From the NCBI GenBank assembly GCA_044220955.1, contig JBGAQA010000074.1, positions 1-35,333 on the forward strand: a stretch of DNA of 35,333 bases, in the 5' to 3' direction. The number at the start of each line of letters is the position of its first letter. The stretch's first letter is position 1. Shown here piece by piece: positions 8,010 to 16,201 of this stretch. The notes under the pieces were generated by a model. The model saw nothing but the letters and a program-made list of their open reading frames with translations. It searched no databases and was not told where the DNA came from. The stretch is from Sandaracinaceae bacterium. GTDB lineage: Bacteria; Myxococcota_A; Polyangia; Polyangiales; Sandaracinaceae. Made by a program: the position numbers and the translations under genes.

Positions 8010-9298
8010 CCCGATCGCTCGCGCTCGCGCTCGCGCTCGCGCTCACGCTCTGCCTGCCCGCGCTCGCCCGCGCGCAGGTCTCGCTCGCGGTCACCGCGCC
8101 GCCTGGGCTGCAGGCGACGTCCTACCCGCGCTACGTCGAGCGCGTCCTGGCCGAGAGCCCGGCGTGGGCGGACGCGCAGGCCGCCGTGCGCGCCGCCGAC
8201 GCCGAGATCGACGTCGCGCGCGTGCTCCCGTCGATGCGCCTGTCGGGCGGCGTGTCGTCGGTGGACGTCTCCGGACAGCGCGCACCGAACTCGACCCAGA
8301 TCGTGCTCTCGGTACCCCTCGACTACGCGGGCCAGATCGGCCGGCGCATCGACACGCGCGTGGCCGAGCACGAGGCGAGCGTCGCCATGGCGGACGGCAC
8401 GCGTCGCGACCTCGCGCGCCTCGCGGCGGAGCGCTTCGTCGCCGCGCTCGAGGCCTCGCTCGCGCGCGTGCGCGCGACGGAGGCCGCCGAGGCGGACGCG
8501 GCGCTGCTGCGCGCGGTGGAGTCGCGCGCCGCCGCGGGCGAGGCGACGGCGCTCGAGGTCCGGCTCGCGCGCCTGGCGGCCGCGTCCGGGAGCGCGCGCC
8601 GCACGGAAGCGGAGGGAGCCGAGCGCACGACACGGCTGGCGCTCTCGGAGCTGCTGGGCGCCATCGACGCCTCGCTCGGACCGGTCGGCGACCTCGGCGT
8701 CGCACCGCGCACGTTCGACGCGGACGCGCTGGTGCAGGAGGCGCTCGCGAGCCGCCCGGAGATCCGCGCCGCGCAGATGATGGAGGCGGCCGCCGAGCGC
8801 GAGCGCGATCGAGCGAGCGCGGCGCGCTGGCCCGAGCTCGACGTGCAGGTGGGCTGGCTGCACTCGTTCGCGAGCCTCGACACCCTCTTCAACCAGCCCG
8901 AGTACGACGCGCTGATCTTCGGCGCGACCGTCGAGATCCCGCTGCGGCTCGCGTGGGACGGTGACCTGCGCGCCGCGGACGCGGCGATCGATCGCTCGCA
9001 GGCCGGGCTGCGGGCCGCCGAGCTCGCCGTCGCCGTCGAGGTGCGCGAGGCGCTCGCCGAGTACGAGACGGCGCGGGACCGGCTCGCCGCGCGCGAGGCG
9101 GCGCTCGCCGAGGCGACCGCTCTCCGCGCAGCGGCGGCGGAGGCGCTGACCCGCGGCGCGAGCACGGTGGTCGAGCAGCTGGCGGCGAACGCCGCCGCGC
9201 GCGACGCGGAGGCCGCGTACCTCGCGGCGGCCGCAGCCCATGCGCGTGCGTACGTGGTGCTGCTGGCGCGTGTCGGGCGCGAGCCGAGCGGCATCTGA
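8006..9298 (+). CDS. TolC/CzcC-family outer membrane efflux protein
   Basis: 3' part of the 4778..9298 frame; GTG at 8006 overlaps the RND stop (GTGA) with AGGAGG upstream; signal peptide (LALALALALTLCLPALARA); two OEP-like repeats (ALASRPEIRAA, RWPELDVQVG). Confidence 0.88.
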   Translation: MTRSLALALALALTLCLPALARAQVSLAVTAPPGLQATSYPRYVERVLAESPAWADAQAAVRAADAEIDVARVLPSMRLSGGVSSVDVSGQRAPNSTQIVLSVPLDYAGQIGRRIDTRVAEHEASVAMADGTRRDLARLAAERFVAALEASLARVRATEAAEADAALLRAVESRAAAGEATALEVRLARLAAASGSARRTEAEGAERTTRLALSELLGAIDASLGPVGDLGVAPRTFDADALVQEALASRPEIRAAQMMEAAAERERDRASAARWPELDVQVGWLHSFASLDTLFNQPEYDALIFGATVEIPLRLAWDGDLRAADAAIDRSQAGLRAAELAVAVEVREALAEYETARDRLAAREAALAEATALRAAAAEALTRGASTVVEQLAANAAARDAEAAYLAAAAAHARAYVVLLARVGREPSGI

Positions 9299-9314
9299 GT
9301 GCTACGTGGGCGGC

Positions 9315-9815
9315 ATGGACACGCAGATACGCGCGCTGGCGCTGAGCGACGTCGCCGCGGTCGCCACCATCTACCGTGAGGCCTCGACGGCCCGGACCCG
9401 GGACGAGATCGGGGACGCCCTGGTGCTCGACATGGTCCGCCACGCGATCGAGACCGGTGTCGCGCTGGCCGCGAGCGAGGGGGATCGCGTCGTGGGGTTC
9501 GTGCTCGGCCCGCGAAACCCGCTTCGACGCCTCTCGCACGTGATGGGGCACCTGCTCATCTGCGTCGAGCCCGGCGCGCGCGGACGCGGGATCGGCCGGC
9601 GGCTGATGACCGACCTCCTCTCCGCGGCGCGGGCGACCGACTGGTGCGAGCGCGTCGAGCTCTTCGTCCGCTCGGAGAACGCCCGCGCGATCGCGCTCTA
9701 CACCTCGCTCGGCTTCGTCGTCGAGGGCCGACTCCGCGCGCGGGTGGCGACGGCGCAGGGGCGCCAGGATGATCTCGTGATGGGCTGGCTCGTCCCGCGG
9801 GGTGCGCCACTCTGA
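9315..9815 (+). CDS. GNAT family N-acetyltransferase
   Basis: ATG at 9315; acetyl-CoA motif A (VEPGARGRGIGRRLM) and motif B (VRSENARAIALYTSLGFVVEG). Confidence 0.9.
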   Translation: MDTQIRALALSDVAAVATIYREASTARTRDEIGDALVLDMVRHAIETGVALAASEGDRVVGFVLGPRNPLRRLSHVMGHLLICVEPGARGRGIGRRLMTDLLSAARATDWCERVELFVRSENARAIALYTSLGFVVEGRLRARVATAQGRQDDLVMGWLVPRGAPL

Positions 9816-9826
9816 CGGGACGCTCG

Positions 9827-11509
9827 TCAGCCCCTCTCGGCGTCCTTCATCTCGGTCACCTCGTACACGACGACCGGCTTCTCGCGACCCTTCACGGTGA
9901 TCTCGGAGAGGCGCCGCGCGACGATGCTCGCCTCGACCTTCGCGTAGGTGTCCTCGCTGATCACGAGGCCGACGCCCAGCTCCTTCGTCTTGCCCTCGAG
10001 GCGGGAGGCGAGGTTCACGGTGTCGCCGATGACGGTGTACTCCATCCGACTCTCGGACCCGATGTTGCCCGCGACGACCGTCCCCGTGTGGATGCCGATG
10101 CCCGTCTTGAACTGAGGCTTGCCGCGCTCCTTCATCCGCTCGTTGAAGATCTCGAGCGCAGCCCGCATCCGCACCGCAGCGCGCACCGCACGCAGCGCGT
10201 CGTCGGCGCCCGGCACCGGCGCGCCGAACACGGCCATGATCGCGTCACCGATGTACTTGTCGACGACGCCACCCTCTTCGATGATGATCGTGACCATCTC
10301 GGTGAAGTACTCGTTGAGCAGCGCGACGAGGTCGTGGGCCTCCATGCGCTCGCTGATCGACGTGAAGTCGCGGATGTCGCTGAAGAGGATCGACACCTCG
10401 ACCGACTCGCCGCCGAGGGAGACCTTGCCGGCCATCAGGTGCTCGACGATCGACGGCGTCATGTACTTGCCGAAGGTCGTCTTGAGCTTGTCGCGCTCTT
10501 TCAAGCCGTCGACCATCGCGTTGAAACCGTTCGCGAGGTCCTCGAGCTCGTCGCCCGTCTTCACGCCCGAGACGTGGACGTACTCCTGGTCGGCGATCTT
10601 CTTGTGGGCGTTGCTCACGCGCGTGAGCGCGTTCGACATCCGGCGCGCGATGCGCCACCCGAAGAAGAGCGAGACGAGCGCGATGATCGCCATCGCCGCC
10701 AGCGCCCCCATCGCGGTCCGTCGGAGGTTGCCGAGCTCCTTGGTGATGTCGAAGCAGGCGACGAGCGGCACCGTCCCTTCGCCCGTCGGCGGCGCCGCCT
10801 CGAACCCGGACGCGACCCACGCGTGGTCGCCGTCGGTCACGATCGTCGGCTCGGTGGGCGGCGTGCGGACGAGATCGCTCGGGAAGCCGTCCGTCTGGAT
10901 GCTCAGGCCCCGTCCGTCGGCGTCGACGAGCGCGAGCGGCAGGCGCAGCTGGCGGGACTCGGCCTGAAGGCGCGGCTGCGTGTAGGGCGAGCACGCCTCG
11001 ACGAAGCCGCCGCCACCCTCGATCTCCCACACGACGCGGAGCGCGAGGCCGGCCTCGCCCGCGCAGCCGAGCCGGTCGACGCCCGTGTGGTGCGTGGCGA
11101 GGTCGACCTGGGTCCCGGCCGTCGGGTCCGCCTCCACCTCGTGGGTATCGGGGCTCGCCTGGTACGACGCGATCACGTGCCCGCTCGGGTCGAGCACCCG
11201 GATGTGCTCGTCCTGGTACGAGTCCATGAGCACGCCGACGACCTCTTCCATCTGGTCGCGCTCGAGCTCGCCGCCGGCCGCGAGGGCCCGGGCGCAGCAG
11301 GTCGCGAGCGTGCGTGCGGTGACGAAGAGGCCGCCGATGTCGTCCTCGACGCCGTGGGTGAGGCCTGCCTGCGCGAGGAGCACGCCCTCGTGGCTCGTCT
11401 CGAGGATCTCGCGCCAGAGCATCCAGCCGACGATGCCCACGGCCAGAGCGCTCGAGATCGTCGAGGTCAGCACGAGCGCGATCAGCTTGGCGCGAACGGT
11501 CCCCAGCAC
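9827..11509 (-). CDS. Membrane-bound class III adenylate cyclase (TM - periplasmic sensor - TM - HAMP - catalytic domain)
   Basis: Catalytic motifs ILFSDIRDFT, VDKYIGDAIMAVFG, YTVIGDTVNLASRLEG; the Lys and Thr specificity residues indicate ATP use; HAMP (GDELEDLANGFNAMVDGL); start GTG 11509 inferred (alternative 11518). Confidence 0.92.
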   Translation of the reverse strand: MLGTVRAKLIALVLTSTISSALAVGIVGWMLWREILETSHEGVLLAQAGLTHGVEDDIGGLFVTARTLATCCARALAAGGELERDQMEEVVGVLMDSYQDEHIRVLDPSGHVIASYQASPDTHEVEADPTAGTQVDLATHHTGVDRLGCAGEAGLALRVVWEIEGGGGFVEACSPYTQPRLQAESRQLRLPLALVDADGRGLSIQTDGFPSDLVRTPPTEPTIVTDGDHAWVASGFEAAPPTGEGTVPLVACFDITKELGNLRRTAMGALAAMAIIALVSLFFGWRIARRMSNALTRVSNAHKKIADQEYVHVSGVKTGDELEDLANGFNAMVDGLKERDKLKTTFGKYMTPSIVEHLMAGKVSLGGESVEVSILFSDIRDFTSISERMEAHDLVALLNEYFTEMVTIIIEEGGVVDKYIGDAIMAVFGAPVPGADDALRAVRAAVRMRAALEIFNERMKERGKPQFKTGIGIHTGTVVAGNIGSESRMEYTVIGDTVNLASRLEGKTKELGVGLVISEDTYAKVEASIVARRLSEITVKGREKPVVVYEVTEMKDAERG

Positions 11510-11535
11510 GGGCGGCACCGTACCAGAGTCGACAC

Positions 11536-12009
11536 TCAGCGTTCTAGCCCACGGGTCGTCGTCTCCGCGAGCGCCCGCTCGATCAGCGGAACGAGCGCCG
11601 GGTTCGCGAGTCGACGCGCGGTGTCGAGCCCGACCCACGCGGCGCGATCGATCTCGGGGATGCGGAGCGTGCGGCCCGAGCGCGGCGGCCACTCGACGTC
11701 GATCTCGTTGCTCTTCACGCGTGTCGGATCGACCTCGGCGCGTGCGGCCCACGCGACCACGCGCTTGCCGGATCTCATCCGGACCTCGCCGAGCGGCACG
11801 AACGGGGGCGCGACCTCGGGGATCCCGAGCTCCTCGCTGGCCTCCCGGATCGCGGCGGCGAGCGCGTCCTCCCCTGGCTCGACGAGGCCCTTGGGGATCG
11901 ACCACGCGCCCTGATCCTTGCTCGCCCAGAAGGGCCCGCCCGGGTGGACGAGCAGCACCTCGCGTGTCCGCACCAGCACCAGACCCGCGCTCACGCCGTC
12001 CTTCGCCAT
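11536..12009 (-). CDS. NUDIX hydrolase (predicted NTP pyrophosphohydrolase subfamily)
   Basis: VLLVHPGGPFW...GAWSIPKG and Nudix box GLVEPGEDALAAAIREASEELG; EWPPRSG...PEIDRAAW. Confidence 0.92.
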   Translation of the reverse strand: MAKDGVSAGLVLVRTREVLLVHPGGPFWASKDQGAWSIPKGLVEPGEDALAAAIREASEELGIPEVAPPFVPLGEVRMRSGKRVVAWAARAEVDPTRVKSNEIDVEWPPRSGRTLRIPEIDRAAWVGLDTARRLANPALVPLIERALAETTTRGLER

Positions 12010-12096
12010 CGCGCGCTCTCCTCGCCGCCAAAGCAGGAGGCCGTCGCGATGGCTCGCGACGGCCTCCGCTAGGCCCACCCTGGTCGGGTCGACCGC

Positions 12097-13128
12097 TCAG
12101 TGCCCGAAGGCCGCGACCCGGTCCACGAGCGCCTGGTCGGCGATCTGACCGACGAGGCGGCCGCGGATCGTCGTGGCAGCGGTCAGCCACTCGGTCCGCT
12201 GCGCATCGGTGACCGCGTCTGCCGTCACGCCGTGGGTGCCCAGCGACGAGAGCGCCGTGCGCTCGTCGCGGCGCAGGTTGCGGCGGGCGAGCTGATGGAA
12301 CTGCGTCGCCGTCTCCGACAGGATCGTCTGCTGGTCCGCGGGGAGCGCCGCCCACTGCGTCTGGCCGATCACGGTGCCGCCGATCACGATCGTGAGCGGC
12401 AGGTCCATCATGTGGTTCAGGCGCGAGCACCACTGGAGCGCGAGACACGCGACCGGCGGCGTGACGGCCGTGTCGACGCGCCCCGTCTGGATCGCGCCGA
12501 GCACCTCCGGCACCTGCAAGGGCACCGGGTTGGAGTGGATGACCTCGTAGAAGGTCGGCAGAACGAGGTCGTCGCGCCACACCCACGGGTGACGGCTCGC
12601 GAGGTCGGAGGGCTGCACCGTCGCCTGCGTCGAGAACAGGCGCGACTGGCCGACGTCCGCCCAGCCGAGGAGGTGGAAGCCGCCCGACGTGAAGCCCGCG
12701 TCCATGTCCGACTGCAGCGCGTCGCGCGCGCGGTCGAGCTGCGCGTAGGTGCGCAGGATGCCCGGCATCTGGAAGACGAGCGCGGGACGGTGGATCTGCG
12801 CGAGACCCACGGCGGTCACGGCGCCCGCGTCGAGGCGGCCCGAGCGGATCTTGCGGATCACCTCCGCCTCGTCGCCCTGGACGCCGCCGGCATACACGCG
12901 CAGCTGCAGCGCGCCGCCGCTTCGCGTTCGGATCTCGCGGTTCCAGGCGTCGAACACGCGCGCCCACGTCGAGCCGGGCGGCGCGAGCGTGGCGAGCGAG
13001 ATCGTGCGCGCGGTCTGCGCGCGCATGTGCGTGGCGTCCACGGCCAGCAAGGCCAGGCAGCCGAGAAGAAGTAGGGCCAGCTTTCGTACGTGCTTCATGG
13101 GAAACCCGCCTTCACGCAATTGCTTCAT
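12097..13128 (-). CDS. dctP: TRAP substrate-binding protein DctP (TatP-type); start at 13128 or 13098
   Basis: Signal peptide then ISLATLAPPGSTW, YAGGVQGDEAEVIRKIRSGRLDAG, VPLQVPEVLGAIQTGRVD; directly downstream of tatT. Confidence 0.92.
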   Translation of the reverse strand: MKQLREGGFPMKHVRKLALLLLGCLALLAVDATHMRAQTARTISLATLAPPGSTWARVFDAWNREIRTRSGGALQLRVYAGGVQGDEAEVIRKIRSGRLDAGAVTAVGLAQIHRPALVFQMPGILRTYAQLDRARDALQSDMDAGFTSGGFHLLGWADVGQSRLFSTQATVQPSDLASRHPWVWRDDLVLPTFYEVIHSNPVPLQVPEVLGAIQTGRVDTAVTPPVACLALQWCSRLNHMMDLPLTIVIGGTVIGQTQWAALPADQQTILSETATQFHQLARRNLRRDERTALSSLGTHGVTADAVTDAQRTEWLTAATTIRGRLVGQIADQALVDRVAAFGH

Positions 13129-13157
13129 GTTCACTCCACCTCGTTCATCGCGAGTCC

Positions 13158-14222
13158 TCACTCTTCGGCGCCCTCGCCCTCGCCTTCGTCCTCTTCCTCT
13201 TCCTCGTCGTCCTCGTCGTCCTCGTCGTCGCTCTCGACGACCTCGTTCGGGTCCGGATCGAAGAGCTCGTCGATCCGCGCGAGCCAGCGGCGGGCGCGGC
13301 GCTGCGCGAGGATGTTCTGCAGGCGCGAGTCCGGGAAGGTGTCCACGTCGAAGTGAATGACCTCGGTGAGCAGCGAGCGGAAGAGCGCGCGATCCTGGAG
13401 CGCGACCGCGACGATCTGGGCCTCGGTGACGAGGTACATCATGTTGTGGCGCGAGGTGAGCTGGATGGCGCGCTCGAGCTCCGTGCGCGCCTGATCCGGC
13501 TGCCCGCCGAGCGCCGCAGGGCGCGATCCGATGAGGCCGCCGTGCAGGGCGATGGGCGCGTAGTCGAAGTACGACTCGTTGATCGCGAGCACGCGCTCGC
13601 TCATGGCCTGGACGAACGCGAGATCGGCGATCGCGTTCATGTCGTCGCGGTGCAGGCCGATGTAGCGGGCCCACGCGTACGTGGCGAAGAGCAGGAGCGG
13701 CGCGTCCTGCTCCGGATCGGTGAAGCGCAGCAGGTGCTCCTGGAACGCCTCGAAGCCCTGGTGCTCGGCCGCGAGCAGGCCACCGTCCTCGGGGTGGCGC
13801 AGGTCGAGGCCGTGGATGGCGATCTCCCGGCCGCGCAGGTACGCGAGCGAGGCGCGCTCGCGCCAGTGCTCGACCTCCTGCTCCGTGCCGTCGTGCTCGG
13901 CGATCTCGAGGTGATCCTCCATGAACCCGAAGCCGTACGAGACGTAGGCGCGGGCCATCAGGACGTGCAGGTTCAGGTCGTTCGGCTGCAGCTCCATGAT
14001 GCCTTCCATCTGCGAGATGGAGGCCGGGAGCGCGCCTTCGGCGAACTCGGGATCGCGCAGGCGGCCGAGCGCCGGCGACGCCCGGCGCATGACGCCGATG
14101 GTGCTCGCCGCGGCGAACGCGCCGGTGTCGCAGCCGAAGAGCGGCAGGCTAGCCGGCACGGCCGCGATCAGGAGCGCGAGGCCGAGAGTGCGGGACAGGG
14201 AGCGGTGTGCTGCGGTCTTCAT
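13158..14222 (-). CDS. tatT: TRAP transporter T-component (TatT) lipoprotein with acidic C-terminal tail
   Basis: Lipobox LPLFGC; DPEFAEGALPASISQMEG, ARAYVSYGFGF, RASLAYLRG, PAALGGQPDQARTELERAI, LQDRALFRSLLTEVI, NILAQRRARRWL match the TatT pattern; adjacent to dctP. Confidence 0.88.
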   Translation of the reverse strand: MKTAAHRSLSRTLGLALLIAAVPASLPLFGCDTGAFAAASTIGVMRRASPALGRLRDPEFAEGALPASISQMEGIMELQPNDLNLHVLMARAYVSYGFGFMEDHLEIAEHDGTEQEVEHWRERASLAYLRGREIAIHGLDLRHPEDGGLLAAEHQGFEAFQEHLLRFTDPEQDAPLLLFATYAWARYIGLHRDDMNAIADLAFVQAMSERVLAINESYFDYAPIALHGGLIGSRPAALGGQPDQARTELERAIQLTSRHNMMYLVTEAQIVAVALQDRALFRSLLTEVIHFDVDTFPDSRLQNILAQRRARRWLARIDELFDPDPNEVVESDDEDDEDDEEEEEDEGEGEGAEE

Positions 14223-14263
14223 CGGTTCTCCGGGTTCGAAGCTGCCCGGCCGCGAACGCTTCC

Positions 14264-14292
14264 GACTGAGTGAGCCCCTCTGGCATTCAGTC
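14264..14292. promoter_or_regulatory. Inverted repeat GACTGAGTG-N11-CATTCAGTC upstream of tatT; candidate operator
   Basis: 8/9-matching arms, about 40 nt upstream of the tatT start, in intergenic DNA. Confidence 0.4.
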
Positions 14293-14376
14293 CCGAGCGC
14301 CCCCGGCGGACGAGTCGGGCGAGAATGCACGGAAACGCCCCCCCGAGTCGATAGGGTCCTGACCGGGCCCAGGCGC

Positions 14377-15402
14377 TCAGAACCGGCCCACGGCGGTGAG
14401 GCCGGCGTGGTCCGGCCCCGCGCTCGGCAGCAGCACGACGGTGGCCTCCTCGTCGCCCTCCGGCGCGGCGTCGTGCACGACGATGCCCACGATCAGCATG
14501 ATCAGGCCCGCCCCCTGGAGCAGGCCATCGAGCGCGAGCCAGATCGGCCAGCCATCGTCCCCCGGAGGCTTGACGGCCCACTGGACCCAGGGGCCGACGA
14601 CCGGGATCAGCGAGGTCGCACGGAACGCGTCCCAGTCCGGATCCCACGACGTGCCCGGGCCCAGCCCCGAGCAGCTCCACCAGCACGTGCGGTCGTGGTA
14701 GCCGCCGAAGAGGCCGATCGCGAAGCCCGCGACCCAGCCTCCGCCCAGCATCGCGGCGCCGCCGATGAGGAGGCCGGTGGGTCGATCGTGGCGGCGGCGC
14801 GGCTCGGGCGATGCATCGGCCGGGACGGACGCAGGCATGGCGAGCGGCACCGCGGACGCGGGAACGGTGATGGTCGCGGGCGCGGACGGCGCCGTGAGGG
14901 CCGGCGCGGACGACGCGGCGATGCCGCCCCACGCGCCGGTCGCCGTCGCGAAGGGCGCGGGCAGCAGCGCCGCGAGCGCGCGCGCCGACGCGCCCGCGAG
15001 GTCCGTCGGCCCCGCCATCACGTGGAGCGAGGCCGCGATCGCGTCGGCGCTCGCGAGCCCGACGTGCACGTCGTAGCCGGCGCCCATCTGCACGACCCAC
15101 ACCGCCACCGCGCGGTGCAGCCCCGTCCGCTGCACGATGGCGAGCAGGTCGGTGCCCGTCAGCGGGTCGAGCGAGCCGATCACCGAGCCCGCGCCCGGCG
15201 TGACGACGTGATAGCCGCCGGCCTGGCCGACCTGCACCAGCGCGCCCTCGATCTGCGCCGCCGTCCCGGCATCGACGCCGATCGGCGCGAGCACCATGAG
15301 CGTCGGATCGGCAGCCACCTGCGCGCGCGCCAGTCCCGGGCCGAGCCCGAGCGTGCTCGCGAGCACGAAGAGGACCGCCACCCCCGCGCCTGTCTTCCTC
15401 AT
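14377..15402 (-). CDS. Hypothetical exported/membrane protein, 341 aa
   Basis: ATG 15402 overlaps the hepT stop (ATGA); signal peptide ending ARA-Q; Ala/Pro linker; C-terminal Gly-rich hydrophobic helices (LIPVVGPW) ending in GRF. Confidence 0.75.
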   Translation of the reverse strand: MRKTGAGVAVLFVLASTLGLGPGLARAQVAADPTLMVLAPIGVDAGTAAQIEGALVQVGQAGGYHVVTPGAGSVIGSLDPLTGTDLLAIVQRTGLHRAVAVWVVQMGAGYDVHVGLASADAIAASLHVMAGPTDLAGASARALAALLPAPFATATGAWGGIAASSAPALTAPSAPATITVPASAVPLAMPASVPADASPEPRRRHDRPTGLLIGGAAMLGGGWVAGFAIGLFGGYHDRTCWWSCSGLGPGTSWDPDWDAFRATSLIPVVGPWVQWAVKPPGDDGWPIWLALDGLLQGAGLIMLIVGIVVHDAAPEGDEEATVVLLPSAGPDHAGLTAVGRF

Positions 15403-15644
15403 GAGGCCCCGATCCGAGCCCGGACCGATGCCACGAACCCGTCGACGTCGGAGAGACGATTCTCCACGACGTCGCGCACGATCTTCGGATCCACGGCCGC
15501 GTAGCCATGCACGAGCAGGCTGCGAAGACCGACCGCGCGTCGCATCGCCGTCCCGAGCCCGGGCTCGATCCAGCCGGCAGCGGCGAGGACGTCGAAGAGC
15601 TCGATCTGCGCCAGCTTCTTCCGGACGAGCTCGACGTCGGTCAT
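15399..15644 (-). pseudogene. hepT: HepT/DUF86-like HEPN RNase toxin with a large in-frame internal deletion (81 aa)
   Basis: N-terminus MTDVELVRKKLAQIE runs directly into LFDVLAAAGWI...; RX4HXY motif RSLLVHGY retained; ATGA-coupled to mntA. Confidence 0.75.
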
Positions 15645-16051
15645 GCGGCCGACCGCCCGCGCCGGTACTCGCACCAGATGGGCTGCATGTCGAACCAGCG
15701 GTTGCGCGCATCCACCTCGAAGCGGATGCGCGCGCTGCGGTCGGCGTCGATCAAGAGGATGCCGTCGCGAAGCACTCGATGGACGAGATCACCGTGCGCG
15801 TGGTCCATGACGACGAGATCGACCTCGCGCCCCACCACGTCGGTGAGCGCTGCGCGCAGGTCGAGGCAGAGGTCGTCGAGCGTGCCGGTCGACACGCGAC
15901 GAGTCAGGATCGCGACGTCGAGGTCGCTGTCGCGTGTGTCTGACCCGCGCGCGACGCTCCCGAAGAGCCACGCGGCGACGACGTCCGGCTCGTCCCGGAG
16001 CCGTGCGCGAAGGGCCTCGATCGTGGTCTCGCGGTCCACGTCTCTGATCAT
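15641..16051 (-). CDS. mntA: MntA-type minimal nucleotidyltransferase antitoxin; true start may be GTG 16039
   Basis: AWLFGSVARGSDTRDSDLDVAIL (GSX10DXD), GREVDLVVM, HRVLRDGILL. Confidence 0.9.
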   Translation of the reverse strand: MIRDVDRETTIEALRARLRDEPDVVAAWLFGSVARGSDTRDSDLDVAILTRRVSTGTLDDLCLDLRAALTDVVGREVDLVVMDHAHGDLVHRVLRDGILLIDADRSARIRFEVDARNRWFDMQPIWCEYRRGRSAA

Positions 16052-16201
16052 AGCGACCGACGTCGGGGCCGGTCCAGCCGCAGGCTGCGAAGTGCGGGTT
16101 CCCGGAACGGGCGCCCGCGCACGGAGCTGGGGTCAGTGTGACGACGCGCGGAGCCCGTCATGACGACCGAGGTGACTCCTGCGCGCGTGCTCGTACCTCG
16201 G

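Noticed and set aside
8018..8050. (CTCGCG)n hexamer run as a phase-variation tract
   Set aside because: In-frame Leu-Ala repeat within a signal peptide; slippage would not shift the frame
4778..9298. Apparent 1506-aa ORF, and similar 5' over-extensions (9827..12967, 12097..13674, 17697..19394, 21040..23724, 21385..23610, 28088..32758)
   Set aside because: Only the 3' portions encode real proteins; the 5' parts overlap other bona fide genes, so these are not fusions
3300..12096. Mobile element or genomic island call for the block interrupting the TPAT genes
   Set aside because: No integrase, transposase, terminal repeats or obvious compositional shift seen; insertion is inferred from gene order only
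13091..13129. ATGAAGCA repeated 30 nt apart at the dctP start
   Set aside because: Gives two in-frame candidate starts but is too short to support a regulatory claim
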